A stretch of DNA of 64,000 bases from Coprothermobacterota bacterium (GTDB lineage: Bacteria > Coprothermobacterota > HKB111): assembly GCA_037446255.1 (NCBI GenBank), contig JBBIIY010000002.1, forward strand, positions 69,630 through 133,629, read 5' to 3'. Shown here piece after piece: positions 48,387 to 56,847 of the stretch. A model generated the notes under the pieces. It worked only from the letters and a program-made list of their open reading frames with translations, made no database searches and was not told the DNA's origin. The first letter of the stretch is position 1, and each line of letters begins with the position of its first letter. The position numbers and the translations under genes were made by a program.

Positions 48387-50297
48387 CTACTTTTGTTTGT
48401 TTCTTAATTTGCGAACATTTCCGTCCCGAAAAGTTATTTTCTGATTATCAAACCATTCAAGCAAAGGGATAGCGTATTTACGAGAAATATTAAACAAATC
48501 TTTAAAATCCCCCGGGCTAATTTCTTCTTTATTCATAAGATAATCAATAAATCCTTTTTTTATGTTTTCAATTACAGAGGTTAAGAACACTAACTCTTCC
48601 GAAACCTTAATAATATCGCCTGTTTCTGCCATAGCTTTAAGCAAACTGTGCAGTTTATCTTTTTTCCATCCTTCCTTATTCATTATTTCAACTAATTCTT
48701 TAATAGTGGGGGGGGTAAATTTATTTTCCCCTAATAATCTCAACAAGGTAGTTCTACCTTCCAGCCATTCACCACTAAACACAGCTTTCAACCCTTTTAA
48801 TCTTACTATTTGACCATTAACCTCCACCATACCTGAATCAACCAGGTACTTAATAAAAATACGAAACTGCTTCACATCTAAACCGATAAGTTTATTCCTT
48901 AGCTCTTCCAGTAAAAAACCTGGAGAATGAGGATTGGCCTGATGATAATCATGCAATTTTTGTTCCACAAATAATTTATTTTCTTCAAACCTTGATTTCA
49001 AGGAGACATATAATGGTTGTTCCGGGGGAAGTAAAACAAGTTTATCGGAATTTACCACTTCTTTAATTATTTCTTCTTCCTCTTTTTGGGAAATAAAGGA
49101 AAGTGCTGGAATATCAATCATAAAACTATCTTCATTATTAAGAATTTTTATTAACCTTGTAGAAGGATCTTCTAAATTTACTGCCGAGCTGAAAAGGGTT
49201 TTTTTTCTTCTTTTAATGGCATAGGGATCAAGTATACATCCTCCTCCAATGGTATTTATCGGAGAGTAACTTCTAATTATAAACCTATCTCCTTCACGGG
49301 CAACCACAGGTTCCTCAAGATAAATCTGTGCATAATTGGTTTCAGTTGGAAGAATTTCTTTTAAACCTGCAAATAAAACTCTTCCTAATACTTCGCTAGA
49401 CCCATGGTAAAACCTTACTCTCTGACCGTGTTTCAACAGGATATTTTTTTTGGTTGGGAGTAATTCAATTTTTAAATCAAGTAAAGATGTAGGTTTATAT
49501 GATTGTGGAGTACAAATTACCTCACCTCTCTTTATCTGACTAACTTTTACATCAGGTAAATTCAAGGCTGCCCTTTCACCAGCAATTGCTTCTTCCACAG
49601 ACTGATAGTGAACTTCTATAGACCTAACTTTTGAATTAAGCCCTTCTGGAAGTATTTCTATGCTCTGACCTTTTTTGACCATCCCATTAAATGTTGTACC
49701 GGTAACTACTGTACCAAAACCTGGCAGAGAAAAAACCCTATCAACAAAAAGGCGAAATGGTCCTGTGGTATCTCTAACCGGTAGAGAAAGAGAAAAATTA
49801 TCAATTAATTCAATCAGATTAGCTATACCCGTATTGTTCACTGTTGAAGTATAGACTATGGGAGCATTTTCTAAAAAACTATTTTTTACTCCCTCCCTGA
49901 TCTCTTTTTCCAGGATTGGCAAGTCAATTTCACTCACCAGGTCAATTTTAGTTACAACTACAGTTCCCTTTTTTAATCCTAATAAATTCAAAATTGCCAG
50001 ATGCTCGTTAGTTTGAGGCATAAATCCTTCATCAGCAGCTACAATCAGTAAAGCTAAATCTATACCATAGCAACCGCTGATCATCTTCCTCACTAACCGT
50101 TCGTGTCCTGGTACATCAATAAATCCAGCAATAACTCCTGAAGGCAGTTTTAAGTAAGCATAACCAAGTTCTATGGATATTCCTCTTTCTCTTTCTTCCT
50201 TCAGACGGTCAGTTTCGATACCTGTTAGGGATTTAACTAACCGGGTTTTACCATGATCAATATGACCTGCAGTACCAACCACCATATAGTTTCGCAC
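48387..50297 (-). CDS. selB: Selenocysteine-specific translation elongation factor SelB
   Basis: 636 aa; GTPase motifs GHIDHGKT, DVPGHE, TKID; long C-terminal winged-helix SECIS-binding extension; last gene of the sel operon. Confidence 0.9.
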   Translation of the reverse strand: MRNYMVVGTAGHIDHGKTRLVKSLTGIETDRLKEERERGISIELGYAYLKLPSGVIAGFIDVPGHERLVRKMISGCYGIDLALLIVAADEGFMPQTNEHLAILNLLGLKKGTVVVTKIDLVSEIDLPILEKEIREGVKNSFLENAPIVYTSTVNNTGIANLIELIDNFSLSLPVRDTTGPFRLFVDRVFSLPGFGTVVTGTTFNGMVKKGQSIEILPEGLNSKVRSIEVHYQSVEEAIAGERAALNLPDVKVSQIKRGEVICTPQSYKPTSLLDLKIELLPTKKNILLKHGQRVRFYHGSSEVLGRVLFAGLKEILPTETNYAQIYLEEPVVAREGDRFIIRSYSPINTIGGGCILDPYAIKRRKKTLFSSAVNLEDPSTRLIKILNNEDSFMIDIPALSFISQKEEEEIIKEVVNSDKLVLLPPEQPLYVSLKSRFEENKLFVEQKLHDYHQANPHSPGFLLEELRNKLIGLDVKQFRIFIKYLVDSGMVEVNGQIVRLKGLKAVFSGEWLEGRTTLLRLLGENKFTPPTIKELVEIMNKEGWKKDKLHSLLKAMAETGDIIKVSEELVFLTSVIENIKKGFIDYLMNKEEISPGDFKDLFNISRKYAIPLLEWFDNQKITFRDGNVRKLRNKQK

Positions 50298-50301
50298 TCT
50301 G

Positions 50302-51663
50302 TTAAACCTCGTTCAGTAAACTTATCAGCTCTTCATCCTGTGTCTCTAAAATCGTTCTCAGGTCAATAGTAAAAGAATCATTACTTATAGTGCCGATCAA
50401 AGGAGGGCTGGTATTTCTAAAATAAATGGACAATCCCTCAGCTGTTTTATCTTCTTTTTTAACTGCAATCAGTATGGTGGGAATAACGCAATCTGGTAAG
50501 GAACCTCCCCCGGTAGTTGAGGTGCCTTCAATAATCTCAAAATTTTTTTTATTATCAACTTTTCTTAAAATATAGCGAGCTCTTTTTCTTAATTCGCTAA
50601 CATCCATTAATAACATTCTGAAAAGAGGTGATTCTAAAAATAATCTATTTTCATCAAAGTATAATTCCAGAACTGCCTCCAGCGCCACTACAGTCATTTT
50701 GTCTATTCTCAAGGCTCGTGATAGTGGATGTTGTTTTAATATTTTAATTAATTGATTTTTACCAATTATTATTCCGCATTGAGGACCACCTAATAATTTA
50801 TCGCCTGAAAAAAGAACCAGATCTACTCCTGCTTTAAGGCTGCCCTCGACTGTTGGTTCAGTTTTTAAATATTCTATAGGGTAATTTTTTAATAACCCGC
50901 TTCCCAGGTCTTCAATAGTTATAAGATTCCTTTCTCTCCCTAAACTTGTCAATTTTTTTAAATCAACCTGCTGGGTAAATCCCTTGATAGAAAAATTACT
51001 GGGGTGCACTTTAAGCAGAGAAGAAGTGTTTTCATTAATGGCTTTGGAATAATCGCTAATCCGGGTGATATTGGTTGTTCCAACTTCTATTAATTTAGCA
51101 CCACTTTGCAGCATAATGTCCGGTACGCGAAATGAACCCCCTATTTCAACTAACTCTCCACGAGAAACCAGGACCTCTTTTTCTCGGCAAAGAGCAGAAA
51201 GAACCAACAAAACAGCACCAGCATTATTATTTACCACGAAAGCTGACTCTCCCCCTGTCAATTTAGTTAACATATATTCAATATTTTCCAGTCTGCTTCC
51301 TCGTTCTCCTGAACTTAGATTATATTCCAAGTTAGAATAAGAGCTCATCACATCCAAAACATTTATGCAGGATATCATCGGTAGTGGGCTTCTTCCCAGG
51401 TTTGTATGAAGTAACACTCCGGTACCATTTAAAACTTTCCTGATTCTTCTTTTTGAAATGAATTGTTTTACTTCATAAATGATGGTTTGTATGGAAATAT
51501 CCAATTCAGGATTGCTTTTAGACTGAAGTCTTAATTTTACTAATTTATCATTTATAGCTTCTTTTACCAGATTCCTTGGGTACTGTTTGAAAAGTTCTCT
51601 AACCTCAGGATTAGATAAAATAGTTTCCATTGAAGGCAATTTCCTCAACTGATTTTCTTTCAT
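50302..51663 (-). CDS. selA: L-seryl-tRNA(Sec) selenium transferase (selenocysteine synthase)
   Basis: 453 aa; SelA family pattern including the PLP-lysine region (FSGDKLLGGPQCGII). Confidence 0.9.
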   Translation of the reverse strand: MKENQLRKLPSMETILSNPEVRELFKQYPRNLVKEAINDKLVKLRLQSKSNPELDISIQTIIYEVKQFISKRRIRKVLNGTGVLLHTNLGRSPLPMISCINVLDVMSSYSNLEYNLSSGERGSRLENIEYMLTKLTGGESAFVVNNNAGAVLLVLSALCREKEVLVSRGELVEIGGSFRVPDIMLQSGAKLIEVGTTNITRISDYSKAINENTSSLLKVHPSNFSIKGFTQQVDLKKLTSLGRERNLITIEDLGSGLLKNYPIEYLKTEPTVEGSLKAGVDLVLFSGDKLLGGPQCGIIIGKNQLIKILKQHPLSRALRIDKMTVVALEAVLELYFDENRLFLESPLFRMLLMDVSELRKRARYILRKVDNKKNFEIIEGTSTTGGGSLPDCVIPTILIAVKKEDKTAEGLSIYFRNTSPPLIGTISNDSFTIDLRTILETQDEELISLLNEV

Positions 51664-52812
51664 TTAATCCCTCCTTAAAATCTCATTTAGAGATTTAGAA
51701 AAATATTGTATTTCATCATGAGTATTAAAAATACTAAAACTACATCTTATAGTGCCAATGGGAAAGGTACCCAGGCTTTTGTGGGCAAGAGGAGAACAAT
51801 GCAGACCTGCCCTGACCATTATCCCATAATCTCTGTCAAGAATATTGGTAATTGTGGATATATCTTTGTTTTTTATATTAAAAGAAAGAATCCCTGTGGT
51901 TTTCTTTGAGTCCAAGGGTCCGAATAAATTAATACTTTTTTCGCTTACTAATTTCTCTATTAAAAAATCACGAAGTTTCCTTTCGTGTAAAACAACTGAA
52001 GATATTCCCATTTCTAATAGAAAATCTACTCCTGCTCCCAAACCTATTATTCCTACGGAATTCAAGGTACCTGACTCAAATTTATCCGGTAAAAAATCAG
52101 GTTGATATTCTTCTTCTGATTGACTGCCAGTTCCTCCTTCAATGAGTGGTTCTAATATACCAGCAAGCCTGGGTGATAGAACCACTCCTCCAGTCCCTTG
52201 AGGTCCATATAACCCTTTATGACCGGTAAAAGCAAAAGCATCTATATGCCAATTATCTGCTTCTATGGTTTCAAAACCAGCTAATTGCGCTCCATCTACT
52301 AAAAAAAGGATATCATTAGAATGAGCTATTTTTCCAATCTTGGCTAAGGGTTGAATAGTTCCAGATACATTAGAAGCTCCCAAAACCGTAATCAGTTTTG
52401 CTCCCATTTGCGCCTGATTTTTCAGGGTTTCCAAGTCAATTAACCCCTCGGAGTTGGAAGGTATAAAAACAAGTTTAACGCCTTTCCTTTCAAGATTTCT
52501 AAGCGGTCTTATTACAGCATTATGTTCCATTGAAGACAGTATTACCCTGTCCCCGGGTTTTAATAATCCTTTTAAAACCATGTTTATGGCATAGGTTGAA
52601 TTATAGGTGAAAATAACCCTCAGAGGGTCATTTACACCAAATAGTTGGGCAACTTTGCATCTAACTCCATAAACTTTCTTGCTTGTCTCTATAGCCCATT
52701 GATAGTGACCCCTTCCTGTGCTGCCACCAATACTTTTCAAATGGTAGTCAATAGTCTCAATAACCTTTTCTGGCTTAGGATAGGTGGTAGCGGCATTATC
52801 CAGGTAAATCAA
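51664..52812 (-). CDS. Class V aminotransferase (cysteine desulfurase / selenocysteine lyase-like)
   Basis: 382 aa; N-terminus MIYLDNAATTYP; PLP-lysine region (AFTGHKGLYGPQGTGG); embedded between yedF and selA. Confidence 0.75.
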   Translation of the reverse strand: MIYLDNAATTYPKPEKVIETIDYHLKSIGGSTGRGHYQWAIETSKKVYGVRCKVAQLFGVNDPLRVIFTYNSTYAINMVLKGLLKPGDRVILSSMEHNAVIRPLRNLERKGVKLVFIPSNSEGLIDLETLKNQAQMGAKLITVLGASNVSGTIQPLAKIGKIAHSNDILFLVDGAQLAGFETIEADNWHIDAFAFTGHKGLYGPQGTGGVVLSPRLAGILEPLIEGGTGSQSEEEYQPDFLPDKFESGTLNSVGIIGLGAGVDFLLEMGISSVVLHERKLRDFLIEKLVSEKSINLFGPLDSKKTTGILSFNIKNKDISTITNILDRDYGIMVRAGLHCSPLAHKSLGTFPIGTIRCSFSIFNTHDEIQYFSKSLNEILRRD

Positions 52813-52814
52813 AC

Positions 52815-53033
52815 CTAATCACTAACCTTTTGTAAACTATCAACAGGTATCTCATTGGTTTCCAGGAGTTTAACTGTCTTCTCCAGTATTGTTTCAGCTA
52901 TGAGAATAGAAAGGTTGCAGGAAGGGTCAAGTTCCCGGGGAGTAGGAATTATTTGATGGGGAATTTTCTCCTTCTCTAATATATGGTTCACTTTTAATAC
53001 CAAGTTGGTAGTAGGGAGTTGAATTAAAATCAT
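52815..53033 (-). CDS. DUF3343-like small protein (putative Se/S carrier partner of YedF)
   Basis: 72 aa; size and position immediately downstream of yedF match the known YedF-DUF3343 pairing. Confidence 0.5.
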   Translation of the reverse strand: MILIQLPTTNLVLKVNHILEKEKIPHQIIPTPRELDPSCNLSILIAETILEKTVKLLETNEIPVDSLQKVSD

Positions 53034-53590
53034 AAGGAGGTTACATTCCCAAGTAAAAGGTATTTCAGTATTTCAAACATATTGGAAATATTTCCTGCTT
53101 TAAGTTCGTTTTCCAGGTTAAAATACTTCAAGCAAGTCCCGCATACCAGGATATTTACACCCATTTCTGCCAATTTTTGAAGAGGTTGACAGCAGTTTTC
53201 ATCACAGGCTAAATACACTCCTGTATTCATCAGTACTAAAGTTTCAGGGAGAATCGGAGATTGAATTAGAGTATTCAGGAAGGACTTCATTAATAATCCA
53301 CCCAGCTCGTCATCCCCTTTACCCAGGCATCGCGATGAAAGAAACAATGTTTTACCATGATTGTCTTTATCTATTTTTGGGGTTTTCATTTCATTTTCCA
53401 GTCGTATTTTATAAATTCCCTCTTCCATTGTCCAATCGGCAGTAATATCTCTACTGCTGGCAAACCTGAGCAGGTTATTTAAAGTAGTTTCGTTGTCAAC
53501 TATTACCTCTAAACAATTGATTCCTTCTTCCAGAGCTTTTTTAACTCTAATAACCGGTTGAGGACAGGGTAAACCTCTTAAATCCATCAA
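53030..53590 (-). CDS. yedF: Selenium metabolism protein YedF (TusA-like N-domain + DsrE-like C-domain)
   Basis: 186 aa; TusA-type CPxP motif (DLRGLPCPQPVIRVKKAL); C-terminal DsrE-like region. Confidence 0.8.
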   Translation of the reverse strand: MMDLRGLPCPQPVIRVKKALEEGINCLEVIVDNETTLNNLLRFASSRDITADWTMEEGIYKIRLENEMKTPKIDKDNHGKTLFLSSRCLGKGDDELGGLLMKSFLNTLIQSPILPETLVLMNTGVYLACDENCCQPLQKLAEMGVNILVCGTCLKYFNLENELKAGNISNMFEILKYLLLGNVTSL

Positions 53591-53611
53591 TAACCTAATA
53601 TCCCCCTCAAA

Positions 53612-54652
53612 TCAGATAATTTCTATTTTTTCTTCTTCATCTTTAACAAATGAGCCTATGATAGAGGCAGTTGAAAATCCTGCTTCCTTTAAAATCAACA
53701 AAAGAAGTTCAGCATTATTTTCCTCAACCACCACCAGCAATCCCCCTGAAGTTTGTGGGTCATAAAGTAGAATCGGGTCAAAAATCATATTATCATGAGT
53801 AATATTATTAATTACCTTTGGCGATGCCCATTTTTCATTTCTATAAGCTCCTCCGGGAACAAACCCGCTTAGAGCTAATTCATTAGCTTTTTTAAAAATA
53901 GGTATTTCACGAGCAATCATTTTAATACCTAACTTTGACTTATTTATCATGCTGAGAGCGTGAACTATCAAACCAAAGCCAGTAACATCGGTACAAGCCT
54001 TAATTTTAATCTTATGATTTTTCAATAATACCGGTAAATTGTTTAGTTTCTTCATGGAATAAGCTACACTATTTATTATATCCAGGGGGGCTTCGCCAGC
54101 TTTAAGAGCGGTAGAAACAATACCAGTGCCAATAGGTTTAGTAAGTATCAATACATCACCTTCATCAGCCCCGCCAACTCTCCACAGGTTATCTTTAGTA
54201 CCAAATCCTGTGACTACCATACCATATTTAATCTCTTCATCTTCTATGGTATGCCCTCCTCCAATTAATACTCCAGCTTCACCTGCTTTATCCTGCCCTC
54301 CAGCAAGTATCTGGCTCAAAACTTCTTTGGGTAATATAGAGCAAGGAAAAGCAATTATATTAAGTGCTAATTCAGGTAAACAACCCATGGTATAAATATC
54401 ACTTATCGCATTAGCTGCTACTACCTGCCCAAAATCATAAGGGTTATCAAGAATAGGGGTAATCATATCCACGGTTTGCACCAAAACCGAGTTTCCCTCG
54501 GTGGAATACACGGTGGCGTTTTCCCACCCTTCCCAATGAGAAAGCAGTTTGGAGTTATAAGGTAATTTTAAGCTGCTTAAGACCTCACCGAGGTCTCCTG
54601 GTCCAACTTTAGCAGCTCAACCAGCAGCTTTAGCAAAATCGGTTAACCTCAT
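53612..54652 (-). CDS. selD: Selenide, water dikinase SelD, itself a selenoprotein (in-frame TGA at codon 12, complement of 54617..54619)
   Basis: Minus-strand translation from the ATG at 54652 gives MRLTDFAKAAG-U-AAKVGPGDLGEVL, joining in frame to the ORF-track ORF (MYSTEGNSVLVQTVD...), i.e. the canonical SelD N-terminus with Sec at the Cys/Sec position. SD AGGAGG 7 nt upstream. Confidence 0.85.
54573..54616 (-). ncRNA. SECIS-like stem-loop immediately 3' of the selD UGA
   Basis: mRNA GCUGCUaAAG...GACCUC-GGU-GAGGUC...CUUaAGCAGC: outer stem about 9 bp with one mismatch; inner 6-bp stem with a small apical loop about 20 nt from the UGA. Confidence 0.6.
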
Positions 54653-54702
54653 TTTATCCTCCTGTAGACATAATTAACCTAATATTCAAAAACTTTATCG
54701 GC

Positions 54703-54731
54703 TTGACTTATGAGCATAAATATCTTATCAT
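54703..54731 (+). promoter_or_regulatory. Sigma70-type promoter of selC (-35 TTGACT 54703-54708, 17-nt spacer, -10 TATCAT 54726-54731)
   Basis: Consensus-like hexamers with ideal spacing, ending 7 nt upstream of the tRNA-Sec 5' end. Confidence 0.6.
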
Positions 54732-54738
54732 AAAAAAT

Positions 54739-54834
54739 GGGAGTAGATGGGGCGCTGGTGTCCCTCCTGGACTTCAAATCCAATGGCAGGTGTGTTCCAC
54801 CTGTGGTGGGTTCGATTCCCACATACTCCCGCCA
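54739..54834 (+). tRNA. selC: tRNA-Sec (selC), anticodon UCA, CCA encoded
   Basis: 96 nt; 8-position acceptor (GGGAGUAG); 6-bp D-stem with 4-nt loop (GGGGCG-CUGG-UGUCCC); anticodon loop CUUCAAA; long variable arm (CAGGUG-UGUUC-CACCUG); 5-bp T-stem with loop UUCGAUU; divergent from selD. Confidence 0.8.
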
Positions 54835-54915
54835 TATATTTTTGGAATATTTATTACTGAATCAGTATTCAATAAGTTAAATTATTGCTAATATCGAAAC
54901 TCTAAAAAGACTCTG

Positions 54916-56526
54916 TTATTCAACGGATATAAAATATTGATAATGAGGTTGCCCGCCATAATACCATTCAACTTCGGCTTTGAATCTTTTAATAATTTTC
55001 TCTCTCAAAATCCAATCCTCTTCAATGCCTTCACCAGCATATAAAGTAACTATGGACCCTTCCTGGCAGGGAGATTTCTTAAGAGTACCCAGGACTACTT
55101 CGTTTAAATCTTCATTTGAATATAATATTTCATCGTTGGAAGTAATGGAAATAAAATCACCGAGTTTATAGTCAGTTCCCCCCAGATTACCGTTTCTTTG
55201 AGCTATCGTTACTTCAGCTACCCAGGTATCAGCAATACTTTCATTCATTCTTTCTAAGTTCTCTTCTGGTTCTAAATCGGGATTAAATCTTAACAGAGCA
55301 GAAATTCCTTCTATCATATGGGTAGTATTTACCTGATAAACTTTAGACCGTGAAGCAATCTTAATTGCTTCTTCAGCAGCCATTTTTATATTCATATTAT
55401 TTATTATTAAAAAAATATTTTCTGAGTTTGCTTTCTTGATACCGGAAACAATTTCTTCCACGCTGGGATTCATAGTTTGGCCACCAGTAATCAATCCATC
55501 AGCTCCCAGGTTTTTATAAACCTCCTCCATTCCCTTTCCTAAAACAACCGCTATTATGGAATATTTTTTAGGAGTTAAATTTATGTCAGATTGGATCTCC
55601 GCTTTTTTGTATAGATACTCCTGGTGCTGCACTTTCATATTATCTATTTTTATATCCTGAATTTCCCCGGTACTCAAGGCATAAGCAAGAACCCTGTCTG
55701 GGTGGTTAGAATGTATATGTAATTTAATAATGGAAGCATCTCCAACAACTAACAAACTTCCACCAATCTCTGCTAAGATATTTTCCAGTTCTTCGGTAGT
55801 TTTATTAGGGTTTTTAATTAACAATTCAGTACAATAAGCAAACTCAAGGTCTTCTTCTACAACTGCTGGTAAAGGTTCTTTAAATTGTGAAGGCTCCAAA
55901 AGTACTATCTCAGGTACCGATTCTCCGGTTAAAGTTTTAACCATACCTTTGAAAATGTGGATTAACCCTAAACCTCCTGCATCTACGACCCCTGCTTCTT
56001 TCAACACTGGCAGCATATCAGGAGTTTTTTGAAGAGCGATATCTGCTTCCCTGATACCACCCAACAGTATTTTTATTATGTCATCGGAAACTACTCCTTG
56101 CGCTCCTTCTGCAAGAGAGCGAATTATGGTTAGCATAGTTCCTTCAACAGGTCTCATCACTGCTTTATAGGCACTCTCAGAACCCTGTTTTAGTGCTCTT
56201 TTTAGAATTTCTCCGTCAATCTGACTTTCATCATTAAAAACACTACATATACCTAAAATAATCTGGGATAGAATAACCCCGGAATTACCTCGAGCCCCCA
56301 TCAAAGAACCTCTTCTAAAAGCCAGAGACAACTCTTTTATAGTTTTAGGATTATTTTTGGAGATTTCATCAAGAGCTGATTGCATAGTCATAACCATATT
56401 AATTCCTGTATCACCGTCTGGAACAGGAAAAACATTTAAAGCATTAACTTCATCTTTATGAACAGCCAATTCATCAGAAGCACCTTTAATCATGTTGAGC
56501 AGGTCAGAAAAAACTAAGGCTCTCAT
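54916..56526 (-). CDS. yloV: DAK2 domain fusion protein YloV
   Basis: 536 aa; N-terminal Dak2 motif (PDGDTGINM). Confidence 0.8.
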   Translation of the reverse strand: MRALVFSDLLNMIKGASDELAVHKDEVNALNVFPVPDGDTGINMVMTMQSALDEISKNNPKTIKELSLAFRRGSLMGARGNSGVILSQIILGICSVFNDESQIDGEILKRALKQGSESAYKAVMRPVEGTMLTIIRSLAEGAQGVVSDDIIKILLGGIREADIALQKTPDMLPVLKEAGVVDAGGLGLIHIFKGMVKTLTGESVPEIVLLEPSQFKEPLPAVVEEDLEFAYCTELLIKNPNKTTEELENILAEIGGSLLVVGDASIIKLHIHSNHPDRVLAYALSTGEIQDIKIDNMKVQHQEYLYKKAEIQSDINLTPKKYSIIAVVLGKGMEEVYKNLGADGLITGGQTMNPSVEEIVSGIKKANSENIFLIINNMNIKMAAEEAIKIASRSKVYQVNTTHMIEGISALLRFNPDLEPEENLERMNESIADTWVAEVTIAQRNGNLGGTDYKLGDFISITSNDEILYSNEDLNEVVLGTLKKSPCQEGSIVTLYAGEGIEEDWILREKIIKRFKAEVEWYYGGQPHYQYFISVE

Positions 56527-56843
56527 ACCTTAACCTTGTATAAATAAAGTTTGATTTTAATATTATTTTGCTCGATACCAATCATTTTAGAGAGGACAAA
56601 CCTTAAAGTTTGCATGGTATTTTTGGCAACCTGCTGAAAAGGCAATTCCGGTTGAACCAAAAGAGAAAGTTGAAGTGTTAAAATGTCTCTCCTGGTTTTT
56701 ATTTTAATATCAGGAGGTTTTCCCTGAACTTTTTCCAATATGGTAGATTTATGTATCCCCACTACCCCATAACAATCATAAATAGTTTCTAAAACTATTT
56801 GTTCAATTGCTTTTTCACTGATTATAGTTCTTCCAATAATCAT
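56523..56843 (-). CDS. Asp23/Gls24 family protein (YloU-like alkaline shock protein)
   Basis: 106 aa; Asp23 family pattern; conserved pairing with yloV downstream. Confidence 0.7.
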   Translation of the reverse strand: MIIGRTIISEKAIEQIVLETIYDCYGVVGIHKSTILEKVQGKPPDIKIKTRRDILTLQLSLLVQPELPFQQVAKNTMQTLRFVLSKMIGIEQNNIKIKLYLYKVKV

Positions 56844-56847
56844 CTTT

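Noticed and set aside
48370-48387. Hairpin GTTATC-cttaaa-GATAAC overlapping the selB stop, followed by a T-rich tract on the minus strand; possible intrinsic terminator
   Set aside because: The stem is only 6 bp and AT-rich, so predicted stability is low. It could equally be coincidental; not reported as a feature.
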